Shown piece by piece: positions 23,963-37,578 of a stretch of 64,000 bases of DNA (within the stretch, counting starts at the first letter, position 1; every line of letters starts with the position of its first letter). Below the pieces are notes generated by a model. That model saw only the letters and a program-made list of their open reading frames with translations. It was not told the DNA's origin and searched no databases. The stretch spans positions 97,898,001 through 97,962,000 of the forward strand of contig OX638149.1 of the NCBI GenBank assembly GCA_951804945.1, in the 5' to 3' direction. This DNA comes from Podarcis cretensis (taxonomy: Eukaryota). The translations under genes and the position numbers were made by a program.

Positions 23963-25109
23963 TAACTTGATATTGCTGGATAGTTTTGATGAACTGCAAA
24001 AGCATTTTTATTTTGCTTTTTGTTGCCACCCTGGAACTTGTCTTTATTAGTGCCACTTTGTTTCGTACGATTCCTTGCAAATGAAGGAAAACAACTTTTC
24101 TGCTTGTATATGTTGATAATATAGTTTTGGTTACTGAGAATGAACAAGATTGTACAAAAACAAGACTGGGCATAGGCCTGGCTAGGACATAGGTGTCCTG
24201 ACTGTGACAAAGGTGACCTGTGTGCTTGCTTGCTTGCTTGCTTGCTTGAGTAACAGCTGTTGGGAACTTCAAGGTCCCTGCTCTCCCTTCTTATGGTCTT
24301 TGTACTGGACCTGGAGATTCCAATAGAGAGCATTCCATGTCAAGAAGGAGGGCAAGTGGGCACCCTATCAAATGACAGTGCAGGAGCTACCTTTTCACTG
24401 GTGGTGACCATTGTATGCCTCGTTATTCCCAGACCTGTTCTCTTTGGGGCTGTATTTTAGAGCTTTATAATTTAGGAAGGCTTTGGAAGAACTGGTTGAC
24501 AAGTCTTATCAGTCGCTGACGTATGAGTGGATTTTCTTTGCTGCTATTCTGGGCTTCTGGTGCACCAGGGTTTACACCAGTGTAATAGAGTTAGCCAGGA
24601 TGCCAGAAGGGATACAATTTGCGAGCTTTCTCCATTATCTGCACAGCAGGGGGTGTTCAGTCAACAGTTCAAAGGCAGAGCTGAAGGGTTACCTGCTGGT
24701 TACCTGCTTTCAGCAATAGGGGTCGCTGTTTGGTAGTACCCAATTGGTTAGCTGTCAGATTCTAGAGCTCCCTATTGGTAGCTCTTAGGTAATTCACAAA
24801 ATACAGACTCCATTCATAAAACACAGTGTTCATTCATAAAGCAGTAACATAAATCTCCATTGCTACATATTGGGTGTATATTTCAGCAGTTGAACGTACA
24901 GGTTTATGGCCATGCTGTAGTGTAGTGCTTATGCGACTGTGAATAAAAGGTGGCTGGGTTCATTGTCTCAGGGTTTTTTTTCGGGGGGGGGGGTGACAAA
25001 ACTGATTTCCTTCATTTCCATAACAAGTCCTTGAGTCTGTACTCTGAATAGTGACACCAGGGACCTAGAAGGTGCAGGGCTTGTCAGTCCAACCCCTGCA
25101 CAGTCTCAT

Positions 25110-25463
25110 CAGGACTGACCTTAAGGCAATTGGAGCAATTTGGCCAAATTGGGCCCCGCGTGTTGCTCCTAAGTGAGCCCCCACACCAGGGCAATCTAGA
25201 TGGAGTCTCATAGTTGTTAGGCCTGAGTAGCCCTACCCTTGCATGAAGTCTTGGGTTTGCAATTTTGGAAGAGGGGAGGTTGCCTGCTGGGGAGCAGGTA
25301 GGCTGGCAAGGCCCCCTAGATTTAGAGGCCCAAGTTGCCCTGCCCTCGCATGAAATCTTGGGTTTCTAGTTTTGGAAGAGGGGAGACTGCCTGCTGGGGA
25401 GGCCCCCTAGATTTAGAGGCCCTAGGCTTCAGCCTGCTTAGCCTATACATAAATCTGGCACTG
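25110..25463. mobile_element. Probable old non-autonomous DNA element with an internal ~90-100-bp duplication
   Basis: The unit gcatgaa.tcttgggttt...ttttggaagagggg...ggccccctagatttagaggccc occurs twice (about 25231-25331 and 25338-25421). GC-rich island with CAG...CTG ends. Confidence 0.4.
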
Positions 25464-25467
25464 ATGA

Positions 25468-25720
25468 TGGCTGCCAATTTACGTGGCTTCAAAAGAGTAT
25501 TGGATTGATTAATGTAGCATAAGATTATCAATGGGTACCAATCATAATCAAGTGATATGCTCTCTCCAGGCTCAGAGCAAGGCATGTACCTCTGGATTGC
25601 AGTTTCTGGGAAACAACCCAGGGAAAGAGTTATATTGCCCTTGTATTCTGTTTGTGACATCTGGTTGGACACTATTAAAAGCTGGACTACAGCTGGACCC
25701 TTTTTAATCTCATTATGCTG
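25468..25720 (+). mobile_element. Old CR1-type LINE 3' fragment
   Basis: atggctgccaatttacgtggcttcaaaagagtattggat...atcaatgggtac...gctggacta resembles the 3'UTR shared with the other copies in the window. Confidence 0.5.
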
Positions 25721-26489
25721 CAGGAGTTAATGAGAAAACCCTCAAAGTTGCATGAACAGCTATAAAGAATTCTCTTTTAGACACCCAGCTTTTAGTGACA
25801 ACAATGGCAGCTTGCTTCCTCAGCCCAATCTTAAATTTAAGGAATTGTTATATTATTATAACAATTGTTATATTGTTATATTGTTAAAGTGGAAAACTTG
25901 TTAATGAATATTAGATTTCATTTTTCTTATTGTTGCTGGTAACCCTGTGATCATTGGATGGAAGCATGTTTTTAACAGTAATTGCTTTGAAAATGTTTTG
26001 AACTGAAACTGCTTTTAGATACTTTTAATTCTAATTGTTTTCAAAATGTTTCAACTGTTTTAGAGTGTACTTGTTTTAAGTTGTTTATCTGTTTGCTGCC
26101 CTAGGCTCCTTGGGGAGGAAGGATGGGGTATAAATTCAATAAATTGAAAGAGAGGAGGGAGTTGGCTTTTTCCAGCACTGTCCCCACATAACTAGCTTCG
26201 CTTACGTGTTTGGCATTCCTATTTTGCCCCCTAGACCTGCCTCTTACAAACATACCAACACCTATTTCCAAAAGAGATGGGGAAATGGGGATGGGGAATA
26301 TGTGCCTTGTAAACTGTCTGAATGAAAACCAACAGAAAAGAAACAAGAAAAACTATGAAAAGGTGTGTCAGTAGGGGTGCTCTTTTGGTGTTGCAGTGAT
26401 GACTTTTTCTGTATTTCATATTATATTAGTACTTGTTTCAGCATGTCTAATGTGGTGGTAGTGTCCACATTATTGTTTAGGATAAGGCT

Positions 26490-26654
26490 GTGTGCCTCTG
26501 AATATCACTTGCTGGGAACTGCAGGTGCTGAGAGTGCTGCTGCCCTCAGGTTGTGGGCTTCCATTTGGGGTACCTGGATGGCCACAGTGAGAGAAGGCTG
26601 CTGGACTAGATGAGTGTTTGACTTGATCCAGTGGGACATTTCTTATGTTCTTAT
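26490..26654 (+). mobile_element. Old CR1-type LINE 3' tail
   Basis: ggccacagtgagagaaggctgctggactagatg...tgatccag...ttcttatgttctta. Similar copies lie at 29830-30008, 37425-37575 and 48642-48710. Confidence 0.65.
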
Positions 26655-28319
26655 TAAACCCCATTTAAACAGAGAGAGTACTTTTTAAAGTGGTAGCCCA
26701 GAAAGTAAGAATGACACAGAGCAGATGATATATACCAATTCCTTCAGACCATTTTTCCTGTAGTCTAGAACATAGGGACAGCAGAGCATTCTGCCACTCT
26801 ACAAGTGTACTGTATGAAGTGGTTTTATCGTAACGATCAGTATTTTATTCACTTTCAGAAATGACAGGGAGTTCCCAACAGAGCACGGTTCAGTTCTTTT
26901 CTTCTTGAGAGGTTTGTTTTCTTGTGTGATCTGACAAGAAGCAGTCAAGAGAAGCCAAGAAATCCTCTTCAAAGCCTTATTTTCTGTATGTAATGCTTGA
27001 AATAAATACAGTAATTGATTTGCTCAGCCTCAGATCACAGAACTGGAAGAATTTTTTTAAGTTATTTTAAAAAGAAAGAAGAAATCACCTGGATATGTAT
27101 TTAGAATTAAAGAATGTGTGTTCTCACAATGGTAGAATGGGAAAATACAACACACTGTCTAGCCACTAGGACTGGGCATCATTTACTGAGCACCAAAGTT
27201 GCAAACCCCAAGGCCCTCTCAACCACTCAACACACAGATATCATGAACAAACAAACAAAGCAAACAAACAAACAAACACTCAGCAACTTTTCTCCTGGCC
27301 TTTTCCTTCCTCAATTGAGGGCTTTGGTGCCATCTTGCCCAAGTGCAGGGCAGGGTTCTTGCCTATCTATGATAAGATCCAACTAAGTACCCCACCCAAT
27401 CAACCTCCTCATGCTACAATGTACATCCTTGGAGAGTACCTTGCTTTTCAAACTTGAAAAACCAAGAGCAATTGACTGTTCAGAACTGTAACTTGTTCTG
27501 TTATTTGCATTCCCATTTTCAAAAATTCTAGCACAAAACTCAACCACAGTTTCACTGAGATCAAAGGGTATCATCAACATTACATGGAAAATGCTTCAGC
27601 AATAGCTGGAGCTTTTAGTGCTTAGTATGATAAATACAGCTCATGAAGGCACACCACTGGCACACATAAAACCCACAACAGTCTCAGTTTAAATTGTGAG
27701 CAGAGGAAGAATTTAGGGAAATGGAGCTCTCCATGAAATACACCCATGCCTTATGAACAGGATGGAAAAAACCTCAAACAGCTGTTATTTTAGAACTTCA
27801 GTGGCATCACTGCAATCTTAGCAACTGCTCTTCAGCTCAGAAAAGCTTTGCTATTTTTTCAATATGATTCAGTAAATTCTAAGGGAAGAATTCAATGCTG
27901 CATTAAATTAAAGTCCTTTAGTGCTATACTAGTTGTGCTAGGGAATGATTTTCACTAACAAAATTCTCACACTAGTGCCCCAGCCCCAGCACTAACAGTC
28001 AGAGAATATTGAATCTGGGCTTAAGTCTCTTTCAATTGTAACAGAAGACCTATCTGTTTAGGATATATTTATGGACCAGTTTTCTGTTGGGAGATATATA
28101 ATGTATCTTTAAATGTATATTATTTGATTTTCTTGTTATGTTTACGTATTTAAATTAAATTTTAGACCATGTTTCCATGAGCCTGTAGCTACTCTCATCC
28201 CATGCCTCTTATTCCCAGTTCATGTCAGGGATCAGCCCTAAAATAACCCAGTGAAAGGGTGGCAGGAGTCAACCATACTGAATTTACAAGCTAACCCAGA
28301 CCCAGTGTTCATCGTCCAA

Positions 28320-28640
28320 GGTCCTCCTCTGAGGGAGATCCAAAGGGTGTCAGCATGAGGACAGGCCTTTTCGATAGTGTCTCCCTACTTATAGAATGCC
28401 CCCCCCCCCGGAGACATGCCAGGAGCTATCACTGGCTACTTTTAAGCACCAGGCAAAAACATTTCCATTCAACTGGGCTTTAGGCCTTTAGAAACTGTGG
28501 CCTCTCTTGGTGAGTGAGATTTGTTTTTTTATGCACTAATATTTTAAGCTTTTATTGTTTTAGATTTATATCAGTTTTAATTTTAGTATTATATTGTAAA
28601 TTACTTTGAGTTTACATTTCATTCAAAAAGTGACTAATAA
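28320..28640 (+). mobile_element. Decayed L2 LINE 3' end
   Basis: Degenerate RAFS.V.P.L.NA.P...F..QAKT..F...AF C-terminal motif, followed by a T-rich 3'UTR. Confidence 0.5.
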
Positions 28641-29829
28641 GTCCAAATAACTACAACTGCAACTACAACTCAATGCATTGTTAACTCTGTTGAAATTCTC
28701 ATAATTTTTTGAAAGCAGTTTGCAGTGTTGCACTTCCATCTCCTGTTCTGAAATCAAATACAGAATGTAATTAAGTGCCCATTCGATTTCACTCATGGTC
28801 ACATGAGAACTGCTTCAGAATGTTGCTATTCCACATAGCTGCAGAGCTGTATGAATATTGCAACCACATAGGTGAAGCAATTTGAGTGGGAAAGACCCAC
28901 CTGATTGGTTCCAGCCATGAGGCTTGGTATGCACTTAAATACCGCAGCTGCATGATGCAAGTACACTGTGAAGCAGATACCATGCAGCTGGATGAATGTG
29001 CAGAAAGTCTTAATTTTGCCATCTAGATCAGGGTAGCCATGCAGAAATTGTGTACTACAGCTCTCATCAACCCAGACCATTGGCTACACAAACTGTGGCT
29101 GATGGGAATTTTAGTCCAATATGTGTAGTACCTCTATTTCTGATCATGCTTTTACAGCACAGTCTTCTCAAAAGTAAAACCCATTGAGTCCAGCAGGTAT
29201 TACTCCCAGCTAAGGGGGTGTATAATTGCAGCTTTGGCTTTGTTTTATACATTTAAATAAATGGCAAGGGGAGAAGGTTGCTTAACCTGCTTTCCATTTT
29301 TCTATAACAAGCTGCATGCAAGAGCAGCCACTTTTAAATTTCCTCAAGTGAAAACGAAAGCAAACTTTCCAGCATGATGGATAGCAGATGACTGAAATCA
29401 TTCTAGCCTCTCTGTAGCAATGAGTTTTAAAGCCCTTGGGAACAAACTGAGAAGTATTGTCTTTAGAGGAACAAGATTGCTTCTTCAGAATGAAATGACA
29501 AGACAGCAAACACACTTAGAGACCCAAGTAGGAAAGCTAAATTTCAAGTTTGAATTACTTTCTAAAGCAGGACATTATACACAGCTATCAAACAGGGCCC
29601 ATGGTTTCCATTGTGCTCATAGGCCTTTCACTCTGTAATTATGTTTAAAGTTTCTTCTCTGTAATTATGTTTAAAATTTCATCTCCAAAGAAGTTGCATG
29701 GTCGTAAGTAACTACAGCAATAGGGCAATAAATAAGACCAGTACCTGAGCTTATGGGGCTCTTAGATGAAGTCTAGCTCTGTATGGCTACTAGGAAGATG
29801 AGGTTATTGATGGCTCTGCCTACATTGCT

Positions 29830-30008
29830 AAAGGCAGTAATGCTTCTGAGTACCAGTAGTTCTGAATACCAGTAGGAGGGGAGAGTGCTCTTGTGCTCAG
29901 AACCTGCTTGTGGGCTTTTCCACCGGCATCTGGATGGCCACTGTGAGAACAGGATGCTGACTAGACGGTCCTTTGGTCCAACCCAGCCGGCTCATCTTGT
30001 GTTCTAAC
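29830..30008 (+). mobile_element. Old CR1-type LINE 3' tail
   Basis: tggccactgtgagaacaggatgctgactagacggtcctttggtc...cttgtgttcta. Confidence 0.65.
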
Positions 30009-30337
30009 AATCTGTGCATCCTTAGCTTCATCACTTGCATACTCTGGTGCTCTCTGCTTCCTACCTGCTTGCTGCATTACTCTGACATCTGTATCCCAGA
30101 TCACTGAGACTGCCACATAATATTCAGGGTTCTTTACAGATATTGCTACCTCCCTCCCCACCACCAATAAAGATTTAATCCTTTCGTTATAAGGATTATA
30201 ACCTCCTAATCATTTTCTGCTGCAATCCTATACCCATTAACATGGGATTAAGTCTGGCTGAAATTAACAGGGCTTACTTCTGTGTAGAGATGCACAGGAT
30301 TGGAAAGTTAGTCTTTCTCTTCTGTGACATCTTGGGA

Positions 30338-30528
30338 TATAGGGAAAGCTGCTCATGCAGACTTTTGGTCCACCAGTATTGTCCAGCTCAATATTGCCTA
30401 TACTGATTGGCAGGAGTTCTTCTGGACTCCAGACAATAGCTTCACTCAGCCTTACCTCGAGATGCTGGAGATGGAACCTGGGACCTTTTGCATGCAACAC
30501 AGAAGCTCTACCACTGAGCTTCAGCCCT
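30338..30528 (-). mobile_element. tRNA-Ala-derived SINE (Squam2-like)
   Basis: The minus strand begins agggctgaagctcagtggtagagc...ttgcatgcaaaaggtcccaggttccatctccagcatctc (A and B boxes, TGC anticodon loop), followed by a non-tRNA body. Confidence 0.75.
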
Positions 30529-30562
30529 TCCACTTTTGCATTTTTCAGGAACTTCAGCGTAT

Positions 30563-30567
<5 letters not shown>

Positions 30568-30608
<41 letters not shown>
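30568..30608. repeat. (CA)n microsatellite
   Basis: Read directly. Confidence 0.95.
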
Positions 30609-30610
<2 letters not shown>

Positions 30611-31199
30611 ACAACTAGAATTACAACCAATTTTCTTAAATGTAGAGAGAGTAGAGACTTGGGTAATAGCATTTGACATTTTGTTTCTAATTCCTTTTCC
30701 TATTCATTCTTAACACTCTGTTTGCTCTGCTGATTGTACCAGATAAAAAATGTATCTCTTCCTGATCCAGCCCTTCCACATGGAACAAAGAGCACCTGCC
30801 CTTTGCAGTCACTAATGATTCTTGCACCAGTTCTGACATTGCTAAACATCCGTGCAAAGCCATAACTCTTCAGTACACACCACACATTGGCCCAGATCAT
30901 GTGACTGATTTTCCATATTCTGTTCAATAGATCAGCTATGCAAAATCAGTCTGCACACCTTGGGTTGTGGCCAACTAAATCACTGTGCGTGCAGAATGGC
31001 TTCTATGAGTACAGACGCTCCAAGTGTGAGTTAGCCCCCATTGAATCAATGCAACTGTAGCCATATTCATGTATTATAAGCCTTACTTATTAGCAGAGGG
31101 CAGGCCCTGCCCTGCAACCAACACCCTAGTGCTAAATAATGTGCACACATGCACACACAGTGTCCACAGGTACAGTGTGAATGCTTGCATTTTAGTGTA

Positions 31200-31316
31200 T
31201 TTTTGGTCTCTGTTGGAAGCCGCCCAGAGTGGCTGGGGAAATCCAGGCAGATGGGTGGGGTACAAATCTATTATTATTATTATTATTATTATTAATTAAT
31301 TAATTAATTAATTAAT
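31200..31316 (+). mobile_element. L2-type 3' terminus with (TTA)n/(TAAT)n tail
   Basis: ttggaagccgcccagagtggctgggg...gatgggtggggtacaaat followed by a compound microsatellite. Confidence 0.6.
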
Positions 31317-31675
31317 TGTGAGAACTGCCAGGCATCCAACTGAATAGGACTTCAGAATCAACCTATCAGGCCTATCAAGCAAATATGATGCAATTCTGTG
31401 TGTTGTTTTTTTAAAAAAAGGAACTACAAAGTTATGGATTTCTAGTCTGGCCCTTAGTAATTTATTATAAGGGAACGAACAGACATTTTTAATTCACTCA
31501 GAAACAGTTATTTGGCAGAATGATTTGAAATGTAGCAATTTCTGTTTACAGAAAGACTTCTGTCAAGACTTCTTAATTGAATAAATACATCAACAATGCA
31601 TTTATACATTCACTTCCCCAGCTGGCATCAGTTTCTAGCTGTCTGGAGTATATTTTCAATCTTTTTTTCTCCCAG

Positions 31676-31762
31676 GCATGCCTGTGGAACTTAACAAGGT
31701 CGACACGCGTATATTTATTCACTGTGTAGAAAGCGTGAGACTCATTCCGATGACGGGAAATT
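31676..31762 (+). other. Candidate 87-nt exon of an unidentified host transcript
   Basis: Acceptor tctttttttctcccag|G and donor ATT|GTAAGT. Length is a multiple of 3. One open frame (MPVELNKVDTRIFIHCVESVRLIPMTGN). Six CpGs in a CpG-poor background. Confidence 0.3.
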
Positions 31763-32547
31763 GTAAGTTTTCTGAGAGACATGCTATTCAGAAATGATTA
31801 ATGAATGCATAATACATACATAAAACCTATTATCCTGCAAGGCTTTTAAATCCTGCTTTTAAACTAGTGTATGCTTTGGCTGACCAAGGACTTTTTGAAA
31901 AGGGGGCAGAGCTAAGAAGTGCCTTCCCTTCCACAACTGCCCATGGGAAGCCCTTTGAAAAGTGGGAGGAGAAATTATTTCTTGTTCACAGAGACATTAA
32001 AAGGGGAGGAGAAGCACAAGGGGTTGTTTGCCTCCTCTTTGCTTTGCTGTGTGCTAGACTTGTGGAGCAAGCAGAAGGCAGCTGCTCTGGTAATGGAAGA
32101 GTCCTTTGAAAGTATGTGGGTGCACTGGTGGAGGGAGAAGCATAGGATCCATCCATTTGCTGCTCTATGTCTTTTGTTTTGCAGCCTGCCAGACACATGG
32201 GGTAGCAGGCAGGCAGCTACTTAAAAAAAAAGTGAGGGGGGATAATAATAGTAATCACACATCAGTCATTTTCTACCAGTCATCCACATGGCTGGCAGCT
32301 GCATGAGGGACTTTTTTTAAATGCAGGAGAGGAGGGCTTGGAGGGAGAAACAGGGGACTCATTGCCTTGCTGCTGTGCTTGTTTTGCTGCCTGCTGGCAC
32401 TTGGAGCAGGCAGCTGGCATGAGAAGGATCTCAGTTGAATTTAAGGGGAGGATATGGCAACTCTTGTTTCTGCTGCATGTCATACAGCAGAGATTGTTCC
32501 AAAGCTGTTTGGGGGGGGTGCAGTCCAGTGCAGAAGTGGCGTCGGCG

Positions 32548-32582
<35 letters not shown>
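32548..32582. repeat. (TCA)n microsatellite
   Basis: Read directly. Confidence 0.95.
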
Positions 32583-34009
32583 TCCTCTTTTCTTGTTCCC
32601 CAATTGCTTTTGGTGGGGTGAGGGCGCAGTGCTGAAGTGTTACATTATTATTATTGCACCAGGGGCCATAGAGTGGTGTATCATCCTGTTGTTTTTTGCT
32701 ATTTATCATTTGTTTACAGATCCATCACTTCTCATAGTGGTGCCGGTCATGCTTTTGTCATATTCAGAGTACATGTCCCGACAGATGACAGGATTATCTT
32801 GTGCTCCATGTATCCAAAAACAAGAGACCAATATATTCTGCCCAGCAGACAAAGATAACCGACTCTATGTGAGAATGTGAAAAATGTTGCACTGCATAGC
32901 ACATTTTTCATCCCACCTGCAGACTAATTACAATGAATTTGCCCACTTTTGCTGCTATATTATCTATTCAGTTTATAGTAACTTTGAATACATGGTTTAA
33001 CCACCAGGAGGCACCATCTGTTTTACAGAATAAATCTACTTGCTTCACTGCTTTGCAATGCTTCCCCAGGTAGTCAGATTTAATAAGAGTGCCATTAGAA
33101 CACACTTTCAATTTTGTTCCATCCAGAGATTGGGGAGGGGGATTAATACACCAAATTGGTTACTAAATTTCTCATTTCTATTAGCACTGAACTATAAACT
33201 TAATCTGCCATTCTGCTTAGGCTTCTGGGCTGCTGTGTAGCCCTGAGCTAAGATCTAAGTCCAGTAGGTAAAAGAACAACAACAAAAAGATTTCTGCTTT
33301 AAGCGCTGGATTAAATGACTCCGAAAAGATGAAGGCTGCTGATCACTTGTGAAAGACTAAAGAAAATTGTCATAAAATTTTGTGCAGATTAATCAAAACG
33401 TTGAGGACATTATATGGAAAAGAGAAGGAAAATTATTCAACAGGAAAGAATTGAAAGGTTTATTATTACAGCTATTACTAATAACGATTTTGAACTTTTG
33501 ATGCTGATTAGGAAGAGCTAAATTGTGTTCGAATCAACCATCCATGTGTCTGTATGATAATGATTTTCAACCACACTATGCAGTTACCTGTAAAAATAAA
33601 AAGAGATTTGCCTGCTTTTTATTTCAATTGCCAGTGACAGATGGCAACATTGCAGTTTGGTGCTGGCTTACAGATGTAGCCAAACCACTGGCTAGCTGGT
33701 TAAGAAACATTGCTAGATCAAGAATGGCAAGAGACTGAGTTTGTAGAACCCAAACACAGGGCCAAACGACACGTTGCACTAAATTTTACATTACATTAAA
33801 CTTTCATTAAAAAAAACAAGAAAATTGGAGTTCCCAATTTTGATCGCAATCATAGCACATGGGCTGCAGATCGGGACAAAAATCCTTCCAATACAGCTAA
33901 CAGACATAGGAAAAAAATGTTTTCACTGATGCCAATGGGAATATTTTTAAGCCTTTTAGCTATGTTGCAGGATAACCTTTGTACAGTTCACATTAATTAA
34001 TTAATTAAT

Positions 34010-34229
34010 TAAATTTATATTCCATCTTTCCTTCAAAGAGCTCAAGGTGGTGCACATGGTTCTCACTCTTCCCATCTAATTCTCACAACAATTCTAGGAC
34101 GTAGGTTAGGCTGTAAGATATAATAACTGACCTAATGCCACCCAGTGAGCTTCATGGCCAACTTGGGATTTGAACTCAGGGCTCCCAGGTCCTAATCTTA
34201 CACTCCAACCACTATAGCACATGGGCTCA
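34010..34229 (-). mobile_element. MIR/Ther1-like CORE SINE (Squam3-like)
   Basis: cccagtgagcttcatggcc...gggatttgaactcagggctcccaggtcc...accactata is the reverse of the tRNA head and core. (TAAT)n lies at the tail. Confidence 0.7.
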
Positions 34230-37200
34230 TTGGTTGGGGAGGAAAGGGATACACTTTCCCTTACAAAATACTGTGGTCTAAAAATCAGAATTGGGGATAC
34301 CACCATGCCTGTAATTTATTAGGAAAATTCTAAATGTAGCTTCATACAATACATTTAGCATATTTTCCATTTGGCCCTAAGGCGAAAGATATGAAACACC
34401 ACAAGACAGCATGCGCCAAAAACACATTCTAACACACATGTGGGCTTTTTCACCGGTAGCACCTGTGTTGCAGAATGTGCTTCCTGATGGAATATGAGGC
34501 CCCATCAGTATTGGCATTCCACTGGATCTTGTATATACATCTGTTTAGACAAGCATTCCCCTGATCTCCTAACCTGAACCTCCTGAACTAGTTGCTTTAA
34601 TTGCTGTTATGCTGTTTTAATGTGTTTGTTTTATTGTACATTGTAACTACATATTAATTTTTTTGATGAAATCGCTTTACTGAGTATTTTACTTAGGTGT
34701 GGATATTTTCCTATGATTGCTTTTACATTTGTGAACTGCTTAGAAGCCATTTTCACAAGCAACCAGTATATGAATATAACAAAACAGGTCAGCAACAGCA
34801 ACAATATTGCACACATATTTCTCTCCTCCAACAGAGGGGATTAGCTTGGGAATTTAGAAAGAACAACAAAGCGGGGGCGGCTGCTCCCAGCATTTGCCAC
34901 TGAGGTGGTTGCCTCACTTTGCCTAATGGTAGAGCCAGCCTCAGTAGTACAGGCTGCAATCCTACACACACTTCCCTAGAGGTAAACTCCACAGTGGAAT
35001 TTACTTCTGAGTACGCACATATAGAAGTGAACTGAGATCCACAGGGATTAAAAGAAGAAGAAACATATTGCAGAGTAAAGGTGGTTGGTTTTAAAGTTTG
35101 AGCAAAGCTGTGGGTATATTTTCAGGGATTTACACACAAAACATGAAGGCTTATAAGCCAGCTTGCTTTAAAAATATGGTGGTTCCTCAGGCTTTTCATG
35201 AAGCCACCATATTCGGCTGGAAATAACCTGATTCCATTGTTTGATATCCCTTATTATACTTCAATATGCTTGTGTAGTCAGAGGTGCAGCTGCCCTAAAT
35301 CCACCACAAATGGATGCAGACTTCATCTACAACATTGTTTCTTTGCAGAGAAAAGCTGGAAATACTGTATAGTGCTGCGCCTTAAGGCCTCATTTCTTTT
35401 CTTTTCATAACTCCATAAAGTTTGCACAAAGAACAAATTTCCCCTAAGGAGGCAGGTGACGACACAGATGAAATGAGAAGTCACATCACTTGGCAAATTT
35501 AAAATTAGACTAGAAAGGCAGTCAAACAATCCTGGCCGGAAAGAGACAGACTAGATGAACTAATTGGTCATTTCCATCCCTCACTCCTCTTCTGCTTGTT
35601 ATTAATGTGCCCAAAGCCTTAGCTCATCACAATACATCATGGAAAAAATACCTGAGACATCAAGGCAATTTATACACTTAATTGTCCAATATTCCCTTAA
35701 ATGTAAAATCAATTTTGATCTGCAATTTACAAATGAATTGATTTTGCATAGCAGACAGTCATTATTTATTAATATCCACCGACCTTGTAGTAGAGTTATA
35801 GTAAACAAAGCAATGCTCACACATCACCTAAGATTATTTTTCACATATTTAACCATAATTTTGCAATAGGAACACAGTTTTGTGCAGGGATGCGAACATT
35901 TTAAAGCCCACTGATATCAATGTGACTTAGCACTATGCTGGGTTGCTCTTTAGGGCACTTTCCAAGATGCTATGTGTTCAGTGCACAGGTGAGCCAAAAG
36001 CATATATTGTTAACTTCTGACAACTGCAAGTGGGAGGAGAAAAGGATAGAGAACTGGGACTCTACATGTAATATTTTTCACTTGGTTAGGGCACATAGTG
36101 TAGTGTACTACTGTTCCACTGTCATCCATAAAGATTAGCGATCACACTGGGTGAAGTTGATCGCTGTAAAGCTATTTACCCCAGTAAAATGATATGTACA
36201 CAGTGCTTTTCAAAATGTATCATTTCTCTCTCCTGTGAATATAAAGATCCTGCTTGGAGAATCAGAATAATTGATCCAAGCATTTCATGGTTTGGTGAGT
36301 GTGTTTTTTTACACTTTGAATACAGCATACTCCCTGTAGGTAAATGGGGAAAGACGCATTCGAAATAAGAACACATACTTATTTCCCTCCAAGTACTTTT
36401 TGCTCTACACCCACACACTGCTTCTGGTACATATTTTCTTCCCTGCTCAGCTTCACTGCTAGTACAAACCTCTGATTTATCTTTCATATCTCTAACGTTT
36501 TAAATGGGGGGGGGGGAATCACATTCAGATATAACGACAGCGTTTATGCACACTGGGCACTATGGTCTTGATAGGAGAAAATAATGAATGCAATCACTCT
36601 CTTTCCTTCCTCTACTTTTTCTTTTCTTTTCATCTTTAGGAATTACATACATTAGTGTTTTTTCTAATGCATTCTCCATAAACCAAGACTTCTGCTGGGG
36701 TAAGCAGATAAGTGCTTGACAATGAGTTCATCATCCCAATTTTTGTTATTTCATATGCCCACTCTTTCACAAAACTGTGCTCGATGTGTCTCACAACATC
36801 TCAAATAGCTTACAGCTGAAAATGATTAGAAGCAATTATAAATACTATCAACAAATACCCCAAAAGCCCACCAATATATACAACACAGTGTATATAAAAC
36901 AATGCAAATAAGCAAACCAAACTTAACAGCTTCAGTTCCATGATAAGCAAGCCAAATGAGTTAATGATATTGCCATGACTTCCTATCAAGGCTTATGGTA
37001 GGTGGTTGAGTGCTTACAGGCACCTGCGCACAATCAGCATTTGCGCTCCCACTGATACACATGCCAAAAGGGGGGGGGCGGAACGGGTCAGAGGTGGAGT
37101 AGAATGGAGGAATCCCCATTTGTGTGTGTCCAACCCAGAACACAAGGATTCCCTTGTACTTTGCTGTGAAACATTCAAATACTTTCCAACCTCCAAACAT

Positions 37201-37327
37201 ATGCCCCCATAGGAAGTCATTACACAGTTATTCATATCTAAACATCCCACCCTTAATTAAAAGTCCCAGGGTGGGGGCTTTTGCAACACTAAAACAATCC
37301 ATAAATGTATGCTTCAAAGTGTGCCTC

Positions 37328-37394
37328 TCATAGAATCATAGAGTTGGAAGAGACCACAAGGGCCATCGAGTCCAACCCCCTGCCAAGCAGGAAA
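37328..37394 (-). mobile_element. Very short CR1 3' stub (same subfamily as 11804-12450)
   Basis: tcatagaatcatagagttggaagagaccacaagggccatcgagtccaaccccctgccaagcaggaaa is nearly identical to 11830-11896. Confidence 0.85.
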
Positions 37395-37578
37395 ACAAAT
37401 TGCTCAAAACCATGCTCTCAAAACAAATTGCTGGGAACCACAAGTAGGGAGTGTGCAGACACTCTCAAGTCCTGCTTGTGGGCTTTTCACAGCATCCAGC
37501 TGGCCACTGTGAGAACAGGTGCCTGGACTGGATAGGCCTTTGGCCTGATTCAACAGGGCTCTTTTTATGTTCTTATAT

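Noticed and set aside
30455-30528. tRNA-Ala gene
   Set aside because: The cloverleaf is degenerate and continues into a SINE body that is also seen at about 1700-1800.
32280-32880. Poly-Asp, poly-His and poly-Ser ORFs as a transcription-factor exon
   Set aside because: All three come from reading the (TCA)n microsatellite in different frames, and the flanking peptide is unrecognisable.
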